The position numbers and the translations under genes are program-made. Positions 45,560 through 55,410 of a stretch of DNA of 64,000 bases are shown here, piece after piece. Within the stretch, counting starts at the first letter, position 1, and every line of letters begins with the position of its first letter. The stretch spans positions 9,506-73,505 of the forward strand of contig JAPLXB010000022.1 in assembly GCA_026396285.1 (NCBI GenBank), read 5' to 3'. The stretch comes from Candidatus Micrarchaeota archaeon (lineage in GTDB: Archaea > Micrarchaeota > Micrarchaeia > Norongarragalinales > JAPLXB01). Under the pieces are notes generated by a model. It worked only from the letters and a program-made list of their open reading frames with translations, was not told the origin of the DNA and made no database searches.

Positions 45560-47058
45560 AAGTGCTTGCAAAATACGTCATCCAAAGCGAGAACGTGCCG
45601 GCAGAGGTTACCATCGCCCAGCGCGAAGAAGAGTACATAAACACCTACGAACTCAAGCACGCGAAGGTTATGGAGGCAACGAACGTCGTCCTTAATTTCC
45701 TGAAGGAGAAAATCATTGAAGGCGTCGACATCAGGATTTCCGAAATAATGGATCCGCGCGAGGCCGAGCGCGTAAAGGAAAAAATAATCCCAACGGCCCA
45801 CGAACTCGTCAGGAAGGAACTGCCGGGCGTGAACAGGGACGAGGAAGACATCCTAGTAGGGCGGCTTGTCCAGGAAATGCTCGGACTAGGCGAAATGGAA
45901 CTCCTCCTCGCAGACGACGAGCTTGAGGAGATAGTCGTCAATTCTTCAAAAGAGCCAATCTACGTTTATCACAAGAAGTTCGGCTGGCTCAAGACCAACG
46001 TATCAGTCACGTCAGAGGAGCAGATTCACAACTACGCTTCCATCATCGGGAGAAAAGTCGGGAAACAAATCACTAACCTCAACCCGCTCATGGACGCGCG
46101 GCTCCTCAGCGGAAGCAGGGTCAATGCCACGCTGTTCCCCATCTCCTCAAAGGGCAACGGTTTCACGATAAGAAAATTTGCGAAAGACCCGTGGACCATA
46201 ATCAACTTCATCAACCCCAAGATAAACACCCTCAACGCAGAAACCGCCGCCGTAATCTGGCAGGCGGTGCAGTACGAAATGAACATAATCGTTGGCGGCG
46301 GCACCGCTTCTGGAAAAACCTCTTTCCTAAACGCCATACTTGCATTCTGCCCGCCCAACCAGAGGATTGTCTCAATAGAGGACACGCGCGAACTCGTGCT
46401 CCCCGACTTCCTCCACTGGACCCCGCTCGTCACCAGGGAACCGAACCCGGAGGGCAAGGGCGGGGTGGAAATGCTCGACTTGATGATAAACTCGCTCCGC
46501 ATGCGGCCCGACCGGATAGTGCTGGGCGAAATCAGGCGGCAGCGCGACGCAGAAGTGTTGTTCGAGGCAATGCACACGGGCCACGCCGTATGCGGGACCC
46601 TTCACGCGGATGACGCGATGCAGGTCAAGTCGCGGCTCACGAGCCCGCCCATAAACCTGCCGGAGGAAATGCTGGGCGCCCTTCAACTCACCGCAGTCCA
46701 GTACCGCCAGAGGAGGACCGGCATCAGGAGGACGTATGAAATCGCCGAATTCATGCCCGAGGGGAAGACGATGGGCATAAACACCGTTTACAAGTGGGAC
46801 CCGAAGAGCGACAGGCTGGAAAAGGTCGGGGAGGGCCTGCGCCTCATCAGCGAGCTGTCAATGCACACTGGCATGAGCATGAAGGAGATGCGCGAGGATC
46901 TGGATGACAAGAAGGACGTCCTCAACTACATGAGCGAACACCAGATTGCCTCGGTCAACGAGGTTGGAAAGGTCGTCGCGTCCTATTACCGCGACGGGGG
47001 ACGCGTGACAGAAGGAGTCCGCAAGAAAACGCCGCCCCAGAAACTCTTCGGCCGGTGA
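45556..47058 (+). CDS. Type IV filament/secretion ATPase, FlaI/TadA/GspE family (module 1)
   Basis: 500 aa. Walker A GGGTASGKTS. An Asp box. Walker B VLGEIR-type. A His box (MHTGHAV). The N-terminal domain resembles archaeal FlaI/PilB. Confidence 0.85.
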   Translation: MKVLAKYVIQSENVPAEVTIAQREEEYINTYELKHAKVMEATNVVLNFLKEKIIEGVDIRISEIMDPREAERVKEKIIPTAHELVRKELPGVNRDEEDILVGRLVQEMLGLGEMELLLADDELEEIVVNSSKEPIYVYHKKFGWLKTNVSVTSEEQIHNYASIIGRKVGKQITNLNPLMDARLLSGSRVNATLFPISSKGNGFTIRKFAKDPWTIINFINPKINTLNAETAAVIWQAVQYEMNIIVGGGTASGKTSFLNAILAFCPPNQRIVSIEDTRELVLPDFLHWTPLVTREPNPEGKGGVEMLDLMINSLRMRPDRIVLGEIRRQRDAEVLFEAMHTGHAVCGTLHADDAMQVKSRLTSPPINLPEEMLGALQLTAVQYRQRRTGIRRTYEIAEFMPEGKTMGINTVYKWDPKSDRLEKVGEGLRLISELSMHTGMSMKEMREDLDDKKDVLNYMSEHQIASVNEVGKVVASYYRDGGRVTEGVRKKTPPQKLFGR

Positions 47059-47061
47059 AGC

Positions 47062-47937
47062 ATGATGAAGCCAGCGGTTCCATTCAGCCTCATTCCCCCC
47101 AGGGCGTTGTTCGCCGCGGGAAAAAAATACGCGGCGCTCGGCATCCAATTGACACGCGCCTTTTCCGAACTGAAGACTAACCTCGCCCAGGCGGAAATGG
47201 AAATTGCGGCAGCGGAGTACGCCGCGGCTTCCCTTGTTTCAGCGGCGCTCAACACCGCATTCATCCTCATCCTCATACTGTTCTTCGGCTACCTCGCGTC
47301 GGCAAACGTCCTGACGGCGGCACTGGCCCTTGCACTGGTCACCGGCGCAAGCTCGTTCCTGACCGCCGTATACTACCCGAAAATAATCGCCCTCCGCCGC
47401 AAAAGAAAACTGGAGGACAACCTTGTTCCGGCGGTGCGCCAGCTCGTTATAGAACTCAAGTCGGGGGTGCCGTTGTTCGAGGCCATGACGAGCGTTTGCG
47501 ACGACTACGGCGAAGTGTCGGAAGAGTTCAAAAAAATAGTCAAGAAAATAAACGCCGGCGAGGCCGAAATAGACGTGCTCGGCGACGCGAGCCGCCGACT
47601 GCCGTCAGTGCAGTTCCAGAAAGTCATCTGGCAGATATCAAACGCCCTGAAAGTCGGGTCGGACGTGAGCAACGCGCTTGAAGCAATACTCGAGGACTTG
47701 ACCGCCGAGAAAATAAACGAAATCAAGAGATACTCCCAGGAGCTTTCGCCATGGACAATGGTTTACATGATGACTGCAGTCATACTCCCCTCGCTCGGAA
47801 TCACTCTCGGGATAGTCATACTGTCGTTCCTGAGCGTCTCGGTTCCCAGGATGATATTCGCGGTGGCGATCGTCTTCCTCGTCATCTTCCAGTTGTTTTT
47901 CATGAACTTCCTTGGAACGCGACGGCCCGCGATATGA
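47062..47937 (+). CDS. TadB/TadC(FlaJ)-like polytopic membrane platform protein, single T2SS-F domain
   Basis: 291 aa. A cytoplasmic helical domain between TM1 and TM2 (VPAVRQLVIELKSGVPLFEAM...) is typical of the GspF/TadC fold. Confidence 0.65.
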   Translation: MMKPAVPFSLIPPRALFAAGKKYAALGIQLTRAFSELKTNLAQAEMEIAAAEYAAASLVSAALNTAFILILILFFGYLASANVLTAALALALVTGASSFLTAVYYPKIIALRRKRKLEDNLVPAVRQLVIELKSGVPLFEAMTSVCDDYGEVSEEFKKIVKKINAGEAEIDVLGDASRRLPSVQFQKVIWQISNALKVGSDVSNALEAILEDLTAEKINEIKRYSQELSPWTMVYMMTAVILPSLGITLGIVILSFLSVSVPRMIFAVAIVFLVIFQLFFMNFLGTRRPAI

Positions 47938-48990
47938 GTGATTGAATTGTTTGAAAAAATATACTACCAAACTGCCGAAATATTCCCGCCTTCCGCGGTG
48001 GAGAAAACCAGGGAGCTCCTGCAGCAGGGCGGAATAGAAAAAATAAGCCCGAAGGTGTATCTTGGACTCGGCACATACCTTTCAACCGCGCTCGCCCTCA
48101 TTGCCTTCTTCCTGGCCCCCATTTTCGTTCCCGGCCAGCATCCTGCCGCATACGTCGGAATAGCCGTGGCCGTCCAACTCCTCGCCGGCATACTCTTTTA
48201 CCTGAACCTGACAATGACCGCGGAAAACAGGGCTGAAAAAATAGAGGCAATGCTTCCCGAAATGCTCCAGATAATTTCCGCAAACATACGGGCGGGAATG
48301 ACCCTGGAAAACGCGGTCTGGTCCTCAGCAAGGGAAGAATTCGGGCCGCTGAGGGACGAGATAAAGAAGGTTTCGGCAGACGCGTACCGCGGAATACCCA
48401 TACAAGATGGAATGCTGAACATGAGCAAGAGAATACGGTCAACCCTCGCCGAAAGGGCGATAAAACTCATAGTGGAAGGGATTGCAAAAGGGGGGGAAAT
48501 GACCCGCCTACTTGACCGCGTGGCATGGGACCTCAAAAGCGCCCAGACGCTGCGCAAGGAAATAACGACGGCCACCCTGACTTACTCGCTTTTCATTGTT
48601 TTCGCCGCAGTCATCGTAAGCCCCCTCCTGTTCTCCGTCTCCACCTACTATTCGGAAATGAATGAAAAAATAGCGGAAAAAACCACTGCCTCGCCAGAAC
48701 TCAACATGTCCAAATCAGTGAGGGGCGGCCCGATGACCTATTCCGCCATCCCCATCATGGGCTTCGGGCAACGGCCAAAAGACATGATAACCTCGAACGA
48801 AATAAAGCTCTTCGCGTACGCGGCAATAATAATCACAACCGCTTTCAGCGCCCTCCTGCTCGGAGTGATTCGCTACGGGAAGCCCAGCAAGGGCCTGAAA
48901 TTCCTCGTCTTGTTCGTCGTCCTCGGGCTCGCCGTGTTTTCGCTCGCCCACGATTTCCTGACAGCCGCCTTCTCAAGCATCATGCGATAA
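47938..48990 (+). CDS. TadB/TadC(FlaJ)-like membrane platform protein, second single-domain paralogue
   Basis: 350 aa. A GTG start lies immediately after the TGA of the previous gene. Same T2SS-F-like layout (LPEMLQIISANIRAGMTLENAV...). Confidence 0.65.
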   Translation: MIELFEKIYYQTAEIFPPSAVEKTRELLQQGGIEKISPKVYLGLGTYLSTALALIAFFLAPIFVPGQHPAAYVGIAVAVQLLAGILFYLNLTMTAENRAEKIEAMLPEMLQIISANIRAGMTLENAVWSSAREEFGPLRDEIKKVSADAYRGIPIQDGMLNMSKRIRSTLAERAIKLIVEGIAKGGEMTRLLDRVAWDLKSAQTLRKEITTATLTYSLFIVFAAVIVSPLLFSVSTYYSEMNEKIAEKTTASPELNMSKSVRGGPMTYSAIPIMGFGQRPKDMITSNEIKLFAYAAIIITTAFSALLLGVIRYGKPSKGLKFLVLFVVLGLAVFSLAHDFLTAAFSSIMR

Positions 48991-49063
48991 GGCACGCTTT
49001 TACCATGCCCCTCCGCCGCGCGATTAAAACGATTTTTATACCAAACGCGCTTTCCCTTTAATC

Positions 49064-49861
49064 ATGGCAAAGAAAAAGCAAACGCCACTGCACAGGGCCC
49101 GCGCAAGCCGCGCCGCGCCGGCAGAACACGAACGCCGCGAAAAGACTCCCGCCGAAGCCGCTCCTGCAGGGGAGTCGCCGAAGGTCAAGTCGGGGATTCC
49201 GGGTTTGGACAGGCTCATTGGCGGCGGCTTCGAGAGGGAAAGCGTGGTGCTCGTCACCGGCGACGCGGGAAGCGGGAAAAGCACATTGGCCATGCAGTTC
49301 CTGTGCAACGGCGCCAGCCAATACGACGAGCCGGGCATACTCATAACGTTCGAGGAACGCCGCGAGGACATAATCAAGCACATGAAGTCCTACGGCTGGG
49401 ACATCGAGGCATTGGAAAAGGAGAAGAAAATAAAGATACTTGAATACCCCCCGCACGAAGTGGAGCGCTTCATTTCAGAAGGCGAAATAATCCGCGACCT
49501 CATATCAGACCTCAAGGCGAAACGCATGGTGATAGACTCCATGACTTCCTTCGCGCTCGTTTTCGACAACGAGTACAAGATGAGGCTAGGGGTGCTGAAG
49601 GCGATTGATTCCCTGAAAAAATGGGGGTGCACTGCGCTCCTGATTTCCGAAGGAAGCGTGACCGAACAAGGCGAGGTCAGGGACCGTTTCGGCATAGAAT
49701 ACCTCGTCGACGGCACGATATACCTGTATAACAAGCGCGTGCGCGACTACCGCCAGAAACTCGTTGAAATCGTGGAACTCAAGGGCGTCAAACACGACAA
49801 CGCAATCCACCAGCTCGTCTTCGGCAGGAAGGGAATAAGCGTAGAGGAAAGATCCGCATGA
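49064..49861 (+). CDS. KaiC/FlaH-like RecA-superfamily ATPase
   Basis: 265 aa. GIPGLDRLIGGGFERESVVLVTGDAGSGKSTLAMQFL (KaiC-type Walker A) and Walker B MVIDSMT. A Lys/Arg/Ala-rich N-terminal tail. A TATA-like element sits 23 nt upstream of the ATG. Confidence 0.7.
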   Translation: MAKKKQTPLHRARASRAAPAEHERREKTPAEAAPAGESPKVKSGIPGLDRLIGGGFERESVVLVTGDAGSGKSTLAMQFLCNGASQYDEPGILITFEERREDIIKHMKSYGWDIEALEKEKKIKILEYPPHEVERFISEGEIIRDLISDLKAKRMVIDSMTSFALVFDNEYKMRLGVLKAIDSLKKWGCTALLISEGSVTEQGEVRDRFGIEYLVDGTIYLYNKRVRDYRQKLVEIVELKGVKHDNAIHQLVFGRKGISVEERSA

Positions 49862-50958
49862 AGGCGCAGACAGCGGTCGAACTCCTAGTCATCCTCGCGG
49901 CCGGCCTCATTGTGATAGGCATACTCTTCGTCTCCAGTTACGAGCGCCTCGCGGGCTCCCAGGCTTCGCTCTCGGTTTCGCAGGCCCAGGCGGCCGCAAA
50001 CGACTTGGCCAACGCGGCGGACACGGTGTGGTTCGAGGGCGCCGGCGCGAAGAAAAACGTTTACATCGAACTGCCGAACGCAATAAACTACTCGCTGGTT
50101 TCCGGAAACACCGTGCTGTTCAGGGTCGCCGTCCCATCCGGCCTCACCGACGCGGTCGCGAAATCAACTGCGCCCCTGTTTGGCTCAGTGACCGCGAAAC
50201 CGGGGGCCCAACTCGTGAGCGTCTACGCCACCGAGTCCGCCGTGGTAATCGGCATGCAGTCCCTCGCGGCAGACCCCGCACTCCTACTCACCCAGGCATT
50301 CGCGTCCAACGCCACTCAAAACGTGCAAAAAACATTCAACGCCTCCAACAACGGAAACTCTTCGCTCGACGTTACCGCCGCCCTAGCATGGAGCAGCGGC
50401 GGCGTGAATGTCTCGTTCGCCAACCCCTCCGACTCCTACTTCTCTCTCGCGCCCGGCGCCAGCCGCTCGATAACCCTGAACGAGGCCGTTGGCGCCAACG
50501 TCATGGGCTCGTTTTCGGGAAGCGTCCTGCTGAACGCAAGCAACGGCGAGGAGGCCACAGTGTACGTGGTCGTGGAAGTGTCGCCGCCTTACTGCCCATC
50601 GTGCCCCGGCTGCCCGCCCTGCGGAGGCGGCGGGAACGAGACGGTCTCCTGGTTCGAGATAACCACGTGCCCCGATGCCTCGTGCACGAGGGAACAGCTG
50701 GTCTTCGACGCCGGCAACGACTCGCAGGTCGACATATTCAGCACCGGGTCGTGGGACAGGAACTCCCTCCTCACGATAAACGTGTCCTACCCCAACGGCA
50801 CGAGCGTGCCCGGCTACCCGAAAGACGTCAGCACGACCTTCATCGGAAGCTTTTCCGACTACTGGGTCTTCGCCCCAGGCGCGCCAAACGGAACATACAC
50901 CGTGCGCGTAAACCAAAGCCCGTACTCCAATTACACGGCGTTCAACGTGACATGCTGA
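49858..50958 (+). CDS. Class III signal peptide protein (366 aa) with C-terminal Cys/Pro cluster
   Basis: MKAQTAVELLVILAAGLIVIGILFV (K-A|Q, E at +5). The ATG overlaps the kaiC-like stop. C-terminal PPYCPSCPGCPPCGGGGNE. Confidence 0.55.
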   Translation: MKAQTAVELLVILAAGLIVIGILFVSSYERLAGSQASLSVSQAQAAANDLANAADTVWFEGAGAKKNVYIELPNAINYSLVSGNTVLFRVAVPSGLTDAVAKSTAPLFGSVTAKPGAQLVSVYATESAVVIGMQSLAADPALLLTQAFASNATQNVQKTFNASNNGNSSLDVTAALAWSSGGVNVSFANPSDSYFSLAPGASRSITLNEAVGANVMGSFSGSVLLNASNGEEATVYVVVEVSPPYCPSCPGCPPCGGGGNETVSWFEITTCPDASCTREQLVFDAGNDSQVDIFSTGSWDRNSLLTINVSYPNGTSVPGYPKDVSTTFIGSFSDYWVFAPGAPNGTYTVRVNQSPYSNYTAFNVTC

Positions 50959-50968
50959 GGAATTTGAA

Positions 50969-53128
50969 ATGAAAAACCGCACCATCCTCGTCTTCGCAGC
51001 CATTCTCGCGCTCCAAGCCTCCGCGGCGATATCGGTGGCGATGGTCTCCCCACCCGCCAACCAGACCACCAACCTCACCCAGGGAAACTTCTTCAACATG
51101 ACCGTAAACGTAACCTGTTCCGGCACCCCGTGCGGAAACGTCAGCATGGTCTCGCAGCACAACTCGAGCGGCGAAATCGGCGGCGGCGAAAACGGGCCCC
51201 TCGCCATATCCGCGCCCACCATCGTCAACGACTACGCTGCAGTCACCGCCAACGCCTTTGCGGGCGCGATGACCATCCAGGTGGACTCGGCGGCCGCGTT
51301 CTCCGCTGGAAACGAGATACTCGTGACGCAGGTCCAGAACGCGAGCGCAGGGGTTGCGGGCGCGCACGAGTTCGCCACCCTCCTCGGAATATTGGGCAAC
51401 ACGCTCTACCTTACAATCCCCCTCGCCAACAGTTACTACACTTCCTCGCAAAACTCCACCTCTGCCACCGCCGCCCAAGCAGTCCGCGTTCCCCACTACA
51501 CCACCGTCAACGTCACCGCCACAGGGTCAATAATCGCCAAGCCATGGGACGGCTACACCGGAGGCGTCATCGCGTTCAAGGCCAACTCAACCGTTACCGT
51601 AACCGGCTCGATAAACGCGACCGGCACAGGATTCAGGGGCGGCAGCGGAGTCTCTGGCGCCCAGACAATCACTTTCGCATACCAAGGCGAGTCATTCACC
51701 GGCACCGGCGCCTCATCCAACCTCTCCAACAAAGGCGGCGGCGGGGGCGGCTTCAACAACTTCGAAGTATTCTCCGGAATGAGCGGCGCATCTGGCGGAG
51801 GAGGCGGCTACTCTTCAACAGGCACAAACGGTTACCAATCGCCCGAGGGCCAGCCCGGCGGCATCAACGGCTCGACATATGGCCTCCCCGCGCTTTCGCT
51901 CCTCATGCTCGGGTCTGGCGGGGGCGGCGGAGGCACTGACAACAACGGCAGCATCGGCAACGGCACCGACGGCGCCACAGGAGGAGGAATAATTTACGTT
52001 TCAGCGGACAAGGTGGTCGTGACCGGCAGCGTACTCTCCAACGGCGCCAACAGCCAAGGAAGCACCTCCACGTACGCCGGCTCAGGAGGCGCAGGCGCAG
52101 GCGGCTCAACCCGCCTGAGGGCAAACAACCTCACAATCGGAAACCGTTTGGTCAACGCGAGCGGCGGAACCGGCGGCTGCAGCGCCTCGCCCTACTGCGG
52201 AGGCAACGGCTCCACTGGAAGGATAAGGCTGGATTACGCCGCCCTCAGCGGTTCTTCGGGGCAACCGTCCGGCTACAACGGGTCCGCTCCCCTCCCGCCG
52301 GGTTACGTAAACATATCAAACGCTTCCGGGAACTACCCGTTCTACACCACCTCGCCCCAGCCGCAGTACTGCACGCTTTCCGCCGGCCAGTCATGCCTAG
52401 TGACCTGGCAAGTCAATACAACCGCCCAAGTCGCGACAATCTACCTACTCCGCGGCTACGCGCGGAGCACCACCCAATCCAACGCCTCAACCCCCTCCAC
52501 GGTAGTGGTTTACGCCAGGCCAGGGCCCAGGGGCGTCGCCACCTCCAAAAGCGCCTACACTGTCTGCGGCAAGCTCTACTTCCGCATCTCCGCCTTCGGC
52601 CCGTCCGGAAACCCGGTGAACGCGCCCATAAACTACAAGATAATCGACGCCGCAGCCGCGGTCCAACAAGACCGGAACGTGACAACGCCCGGCGGTTCCT
52701 ACTATGGAACATGTCCGCTCTCAAACCCGCTGGCGCGCGGCGAATGGACCATAAAAGCGATGAGTGCATTCACACGCGGCCTCGGCTCGTTCATAGCCGG
52801 CGCAGGCAACGCCGAGCCGTGGAGGACTGACCTCGCGCTAGACGGCAACAAAGTCAAGTACCGGCGCGGCGAAAACCTCGCCGCAACCGCCACAGTCTAT
52901 TCAATGGACGGCCTCGGACTCGAAAGCCTATTGGCCGCAAACCGGCTGAAGATGTTCATCGACTCGACGGACGTCACCGCCACCGCCTCCGACCTGGGCC
53001 AAGGCAGTTACTCGTTCACCTACAACACATCCTCGCTGGGCGGGGCAGTCCACTCGGTGCGCGCCTTCGCAAACACGACCGCGGGAGTCCAAGTCACAAC
53101 AGTGAAGTCGTTCTATCTCTTCGGGTGA
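50969..53128 (+). CDS. Secreted Gly-rich repeat protein (Sec-type signal peptide)
   Basis: 719 aa. MKNRTILVFAAILALQASAAISVA signal. Long GGxGGxG tracts and N-x-S/T sequons. No class III motif. Confidence 0.5.
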   Translation: MKNRTILVFAAILALQASAAISVAMVSPPANQTTNLTQGNFFNMTVNVTCSGTPCGNVSMVSQHNSSGEIGGGENGPLAISAPTIVNDYAAVTANAFAGAMTIQVDSAAAFSAGNEILVTQVQNASAGVAGAHEFATLLGILGNTLYLTIPLANSYYTSSQNSTSATAAQAVRVPHYTTVNVTATGSIIAKPWDGYTGGVIAFKANSTVTVTGSINATGTGFRGGSGVSGAQTITFAYQGESFTGTGASSNLSNKGGGGGGFNNFEVFSGMSGASGGGGGYSSTGTNGYQSPEGQPGGINGSTYGLPALSLLMLGSGGGGGGTDNNGSIGNGTDGATGGGIIYVSADKVVVTGSVLSNGANSQGSTSTYAGSGGAGAGGSTRLRANNLTIGNRLVNASGGTGGCSASPYCGGNGSTGRIRLDYAALSGSSGQPSGYNGSAPLPPGYVNISNASGNYPFYTTSPQPQYCTLSAGQSCLVTWQVNTTAQVATIYLLRGYARSTTQSNASTPSTVVVYARPGPRGVATSKSAYTVCGKLYFRISAFGPSGNPVNAPINYKIIDAAAAVQQDRNVTTPGGSYYGTCPLSNPLARGEWTIKAMSAFTRGLGSFIAGAGNAEPWRTDLALDGNKVKYRRGENLAATATVYSMDGLGLESLLAANRLKMFIDSTDVTATASDLGQGSYSFTYNTSSLGGAVHSVRAFANTTAGVQVTTVKSFYLFG

Positions 53129-53133
53129 ATTGA

Positions 53134-53532
53134 GTGAAGGCTCAAGTGGGAATGGACTTGCTCATCGCTTCAATAATACTATTCCTGGTGTTTCTATCCG
53201 TCTTCAGTTTCTACTCGCTGCAATTCCAGGCATCCGAAGAGACAAAACAGCGGGCCAGCGCCTCCCGCATCGCCGAACTAATCGCATGGAACGCCAACGG
53301 CATACTCCAATCAATGAACGGCACCACGACAGTAATCAGAATCCCGCCGCTCCTCGCAACCGGCGACAACTACTCCATACTGTTCGTCACGCGCCAAGTC
53401 ATCGTTTCCTGGAAAAACAAGTCTGAATCGAGGCCGCTGCTCACCCGCGCGGTATCCGGCGCCGGTGCGGCCGCGCCCGGAAAAAACGTTTCAATAACTA
53501 ATGCCGACGGGGGAATCGCCTTTGCATCCTAG
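53134..53532 (+). CDS. Class III signal peptide protein (132 aa)
   Basis: MKAQVGMDLLIASIILFLVFLSVF (K-A|Q, Asp at +5). Confidence 0.5.
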   Translation: MKAQVGMDLLIASIILFLVFLSVFSFYSLQFQASEETKQRASASRIAELIAWNANGILQSMNGTTTVIRIPPLLATGDNYSILFVTRQVIVSWKNKSESRPLLTRAVSGAGAAAPGKNVSITNADGGIAFAS

Positions 53533-54094
53533 GACGCCAAACCAAGCGGAACAACTGGCCCGCCCGACAGCCACCGGCCGGCAATCAAGGGGGCAGTTGT
53601 TCAGCATAGACATACTTGTGGCAGTCACAATCGCGCTATTCCTCTTCATAACAGCCACAACCTTGTCCACGAGAGTGATGAACGTGCTTGGAATATCGGA
53701 ACAGGAGATTGAACTCAATGCCGCGGCAGAAGCCGCCGCCGCCCAGCTTGCGGCATCACCGGGCAACCCCCTCAACTGGGACGCATTGTCATTCAGCGAC
53801 GCGTCAGTGAACTCAATCGGCCTCGCAGAGTCAAGGAACGTGCTTGCCCCCGCCAAGGTAGGCGCCTTTTTCGCCCTCGCCTCAAACCAGACCGCCCTGC
53901 CGCTCGTCAAGAAAATGCTAGGCGTCAGCCGCCCTGGCTACGGTTTTTCAGTCAGAATCTACAACCAGACCGGCTCGCTGGTAAACGGCTTCAGCACTGG
54001 CGCGGGAACAGGAAAGCCCGCGACCGTCGCCGAACGAATCGGAGTCCTCAACGGGTCCCTCGTGAGACTCAGCGTAGGTGTTTGGATTGAATGA
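53522..54094 (+). CDS. Class III signal peptide protein (start uncertain, TTG at 53522)
   Basis: ...SRGQLFSIDILVAVTIALFLFITATTL (R-G|Q, Asp at +5). It overlaps the upstream gene. The ORF-track ATG at 53501 gives an atypically long leader. Confidence 0.4.
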   Translation: MHPRTPNQAEQLARPTATGRQSRGQLFSIDILVAVTIALFLFITATTLSTRVMNVLGISEQEIELNAAAEAAAAQLAASPGNPLNWDALSFSDASVNSIGLAESRNVLAPAKVGAFFALASNQTALPLVKKMLGVSRPGYGFSVRIYNQTGSLVNGFSTGAGTGKPATVAERIGVLNGSLVRLSVGVWIE

Positions 54095-54518
54095 AAACCG
54101 GAGAAAGGGGTTTTTCTTCACGCTGGACGCGCTGCTTGCAGTAGCGTTTTCAATCGCCATATTCATCCTCGTAGTCAAAACGCTTGAAACCGCCCAAACA
54201 ACCGCCTCTGCCGACGTCGGCCTCGCGAGACTGGGCCAGGACCTGCTCGCCGGCATGGAAAAAAACGGCGCACTGGCTGAAGCCGTGCTGACCTCCTCCG
54301 GCGCCATCCTATCCGCCTCAACAGGAGTGCTTCCACCGGACATGTGCGGAAAAATAACCGTGAAAAAAAGCCCGGGCAACGCAGTCATCCTCGCGAACAG
54401 CCCCTCCTGCCGGTGCACGGAACGCAGGGTCGCGGCCTCCCGAAGCTTCGCCACCGCCGCAACCGGTTTTGACGAGTACGTTGCCTCAATAGAATTGTGC
54501 AGGAGGAAAAACACATGA
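54078..54518 (+). CDS. Class III signal peptide protein (146 aa)
   Basis: MFGLNENRRKGFFFTLDALLAVAFSIAIFILVV (K-G|F, Asp at +5). Confidence 0.5.
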   Translation: MFGLNENRRKGFFFTLDALLAVAFSIAIFILVVKTLETAQTTASADVGLARLGQDLLAGMEKNGALAEAVLTSSGAILSASTGVLPPDMCGKITVKKSPGNAVILANSPSCRCTERRVAASRSFATAATGFDEYVASIELCRRKNT

Positions 54519-55372
54519 CACAAAAAGGCTTCGTGTTCGCACTCTTCTTCCTCTCCTTCTTCACGCTCCTCCTAGGCGTCGCAGTCTACTACGACGCCTC
54601 GGTCACCGCCTGGGAAAGGACGGTGCTGGACGCGCGGCGCGTGGAAAAAGCCTCGTTCGCGGCAGACGACGTCGCATGGGACTTGAAGAAATTCTACGGC
54701 CTCGACACCGTGGCAATAGCCAAGACCCCGACAAACTCCAGCATAACAATTTCATCCGCCATCCCATCCAATTTCTCCGACCCCGCCAGCGAATTGAGCG
54801 CCTACAAGCAGTTCCTCCAAGGCGCGTACAAAAACCAGGCGCATTCAAACGCCTCGCTCGCAGCCACCGGCAACCACCTTTTTTTCACGGGCTTGAACGC
54901 GGACTACTCCTGGAATAACGAGAGCCGCAACGCAGTGAGGATGGCTGGCGGAAACGCGTTCGCCTACACCCTGCGGGGGGCGCTGAGCGGCTACTGCGAC
55001 TTCCCGGCCTGCCCGGCAAACATCACGGGCTGGTCTTGGATCGGGTGCGGGGGAAACGCCATTGCCATAACCCTTGACATCAGGGACGCGGGAAACACGC
55101 CAGCCACGGTTTCCGGCGCAACAACCGGCTGCGTCTCGCCTTCGTCCACCAACGGGTTCTTCGTCCCGGCAGGCGCGGGAACGCTTTACGTAAGCGCCGG
55201 AAGCGTTTCAGGAACCTCTCCGGCAATCGCGCTGAACGTCACGCAGTCCCTCTCGTTCTCGTTCACGCTCGAATCCAATTTCTCCTCTGCACCGGACACG
55301 CGCGCAGTCCTACCGGCCTCGCTTTCCGTCGACGGCCAGAACTACGCGTGGCTGGCGGTTGATGAAAAATGA
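54515..55372 (+). CDS. Class III signal peptide protein (about 285 aa)
   Basis: MTQKGFVFALFFLSFFTLLLGV (K-G|F). The start is taken at the second Met of the ORF-track ORF (54497). Confidence 0.5.
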   Translation: MTQKGFVFALFFLSFFTLLLGVAVYYDASVTAWERTVLDARRVEKASFAADDVAWDLKKFYGLDTVAIAKTPTNSSITISSAIPSNFSDPASELSAYKQFLQGAYKNQAHSNASLAATGNHLFFTGLNADYSWNNESRNAVRMAGGNAFAYTLRGALSGYCDFPACPANITGWSWIGCGGNAIAITLDIRDAGNTPATVSGATTGCVSPSSTNGFFVPAGAGTLYVSAGSVSGTSPAIALNVTQSLSFSFTLESNFSSAPDTRAVLPASLSVDGQNYAWLAVDEK

Positions 55373-55410
55373 ATATATTAAGGGAACGACTAATCAACGC
55401 GGGGACTTGA

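Noticed and set aside
47062-48990. Possibility that the two TadC-like genes are one FlaJ gene interrupted by an in-frame TGA (pseudogene or readthrough)
   Set aside because: A GTG start follows the TGA immediately. Module 2 shows the same two-gene arrangement with a different junction. Each product is a complete single T2SS-F-domain protein comparable to bacterial TadB/TadC, so two abutting genes is the simpler reading.
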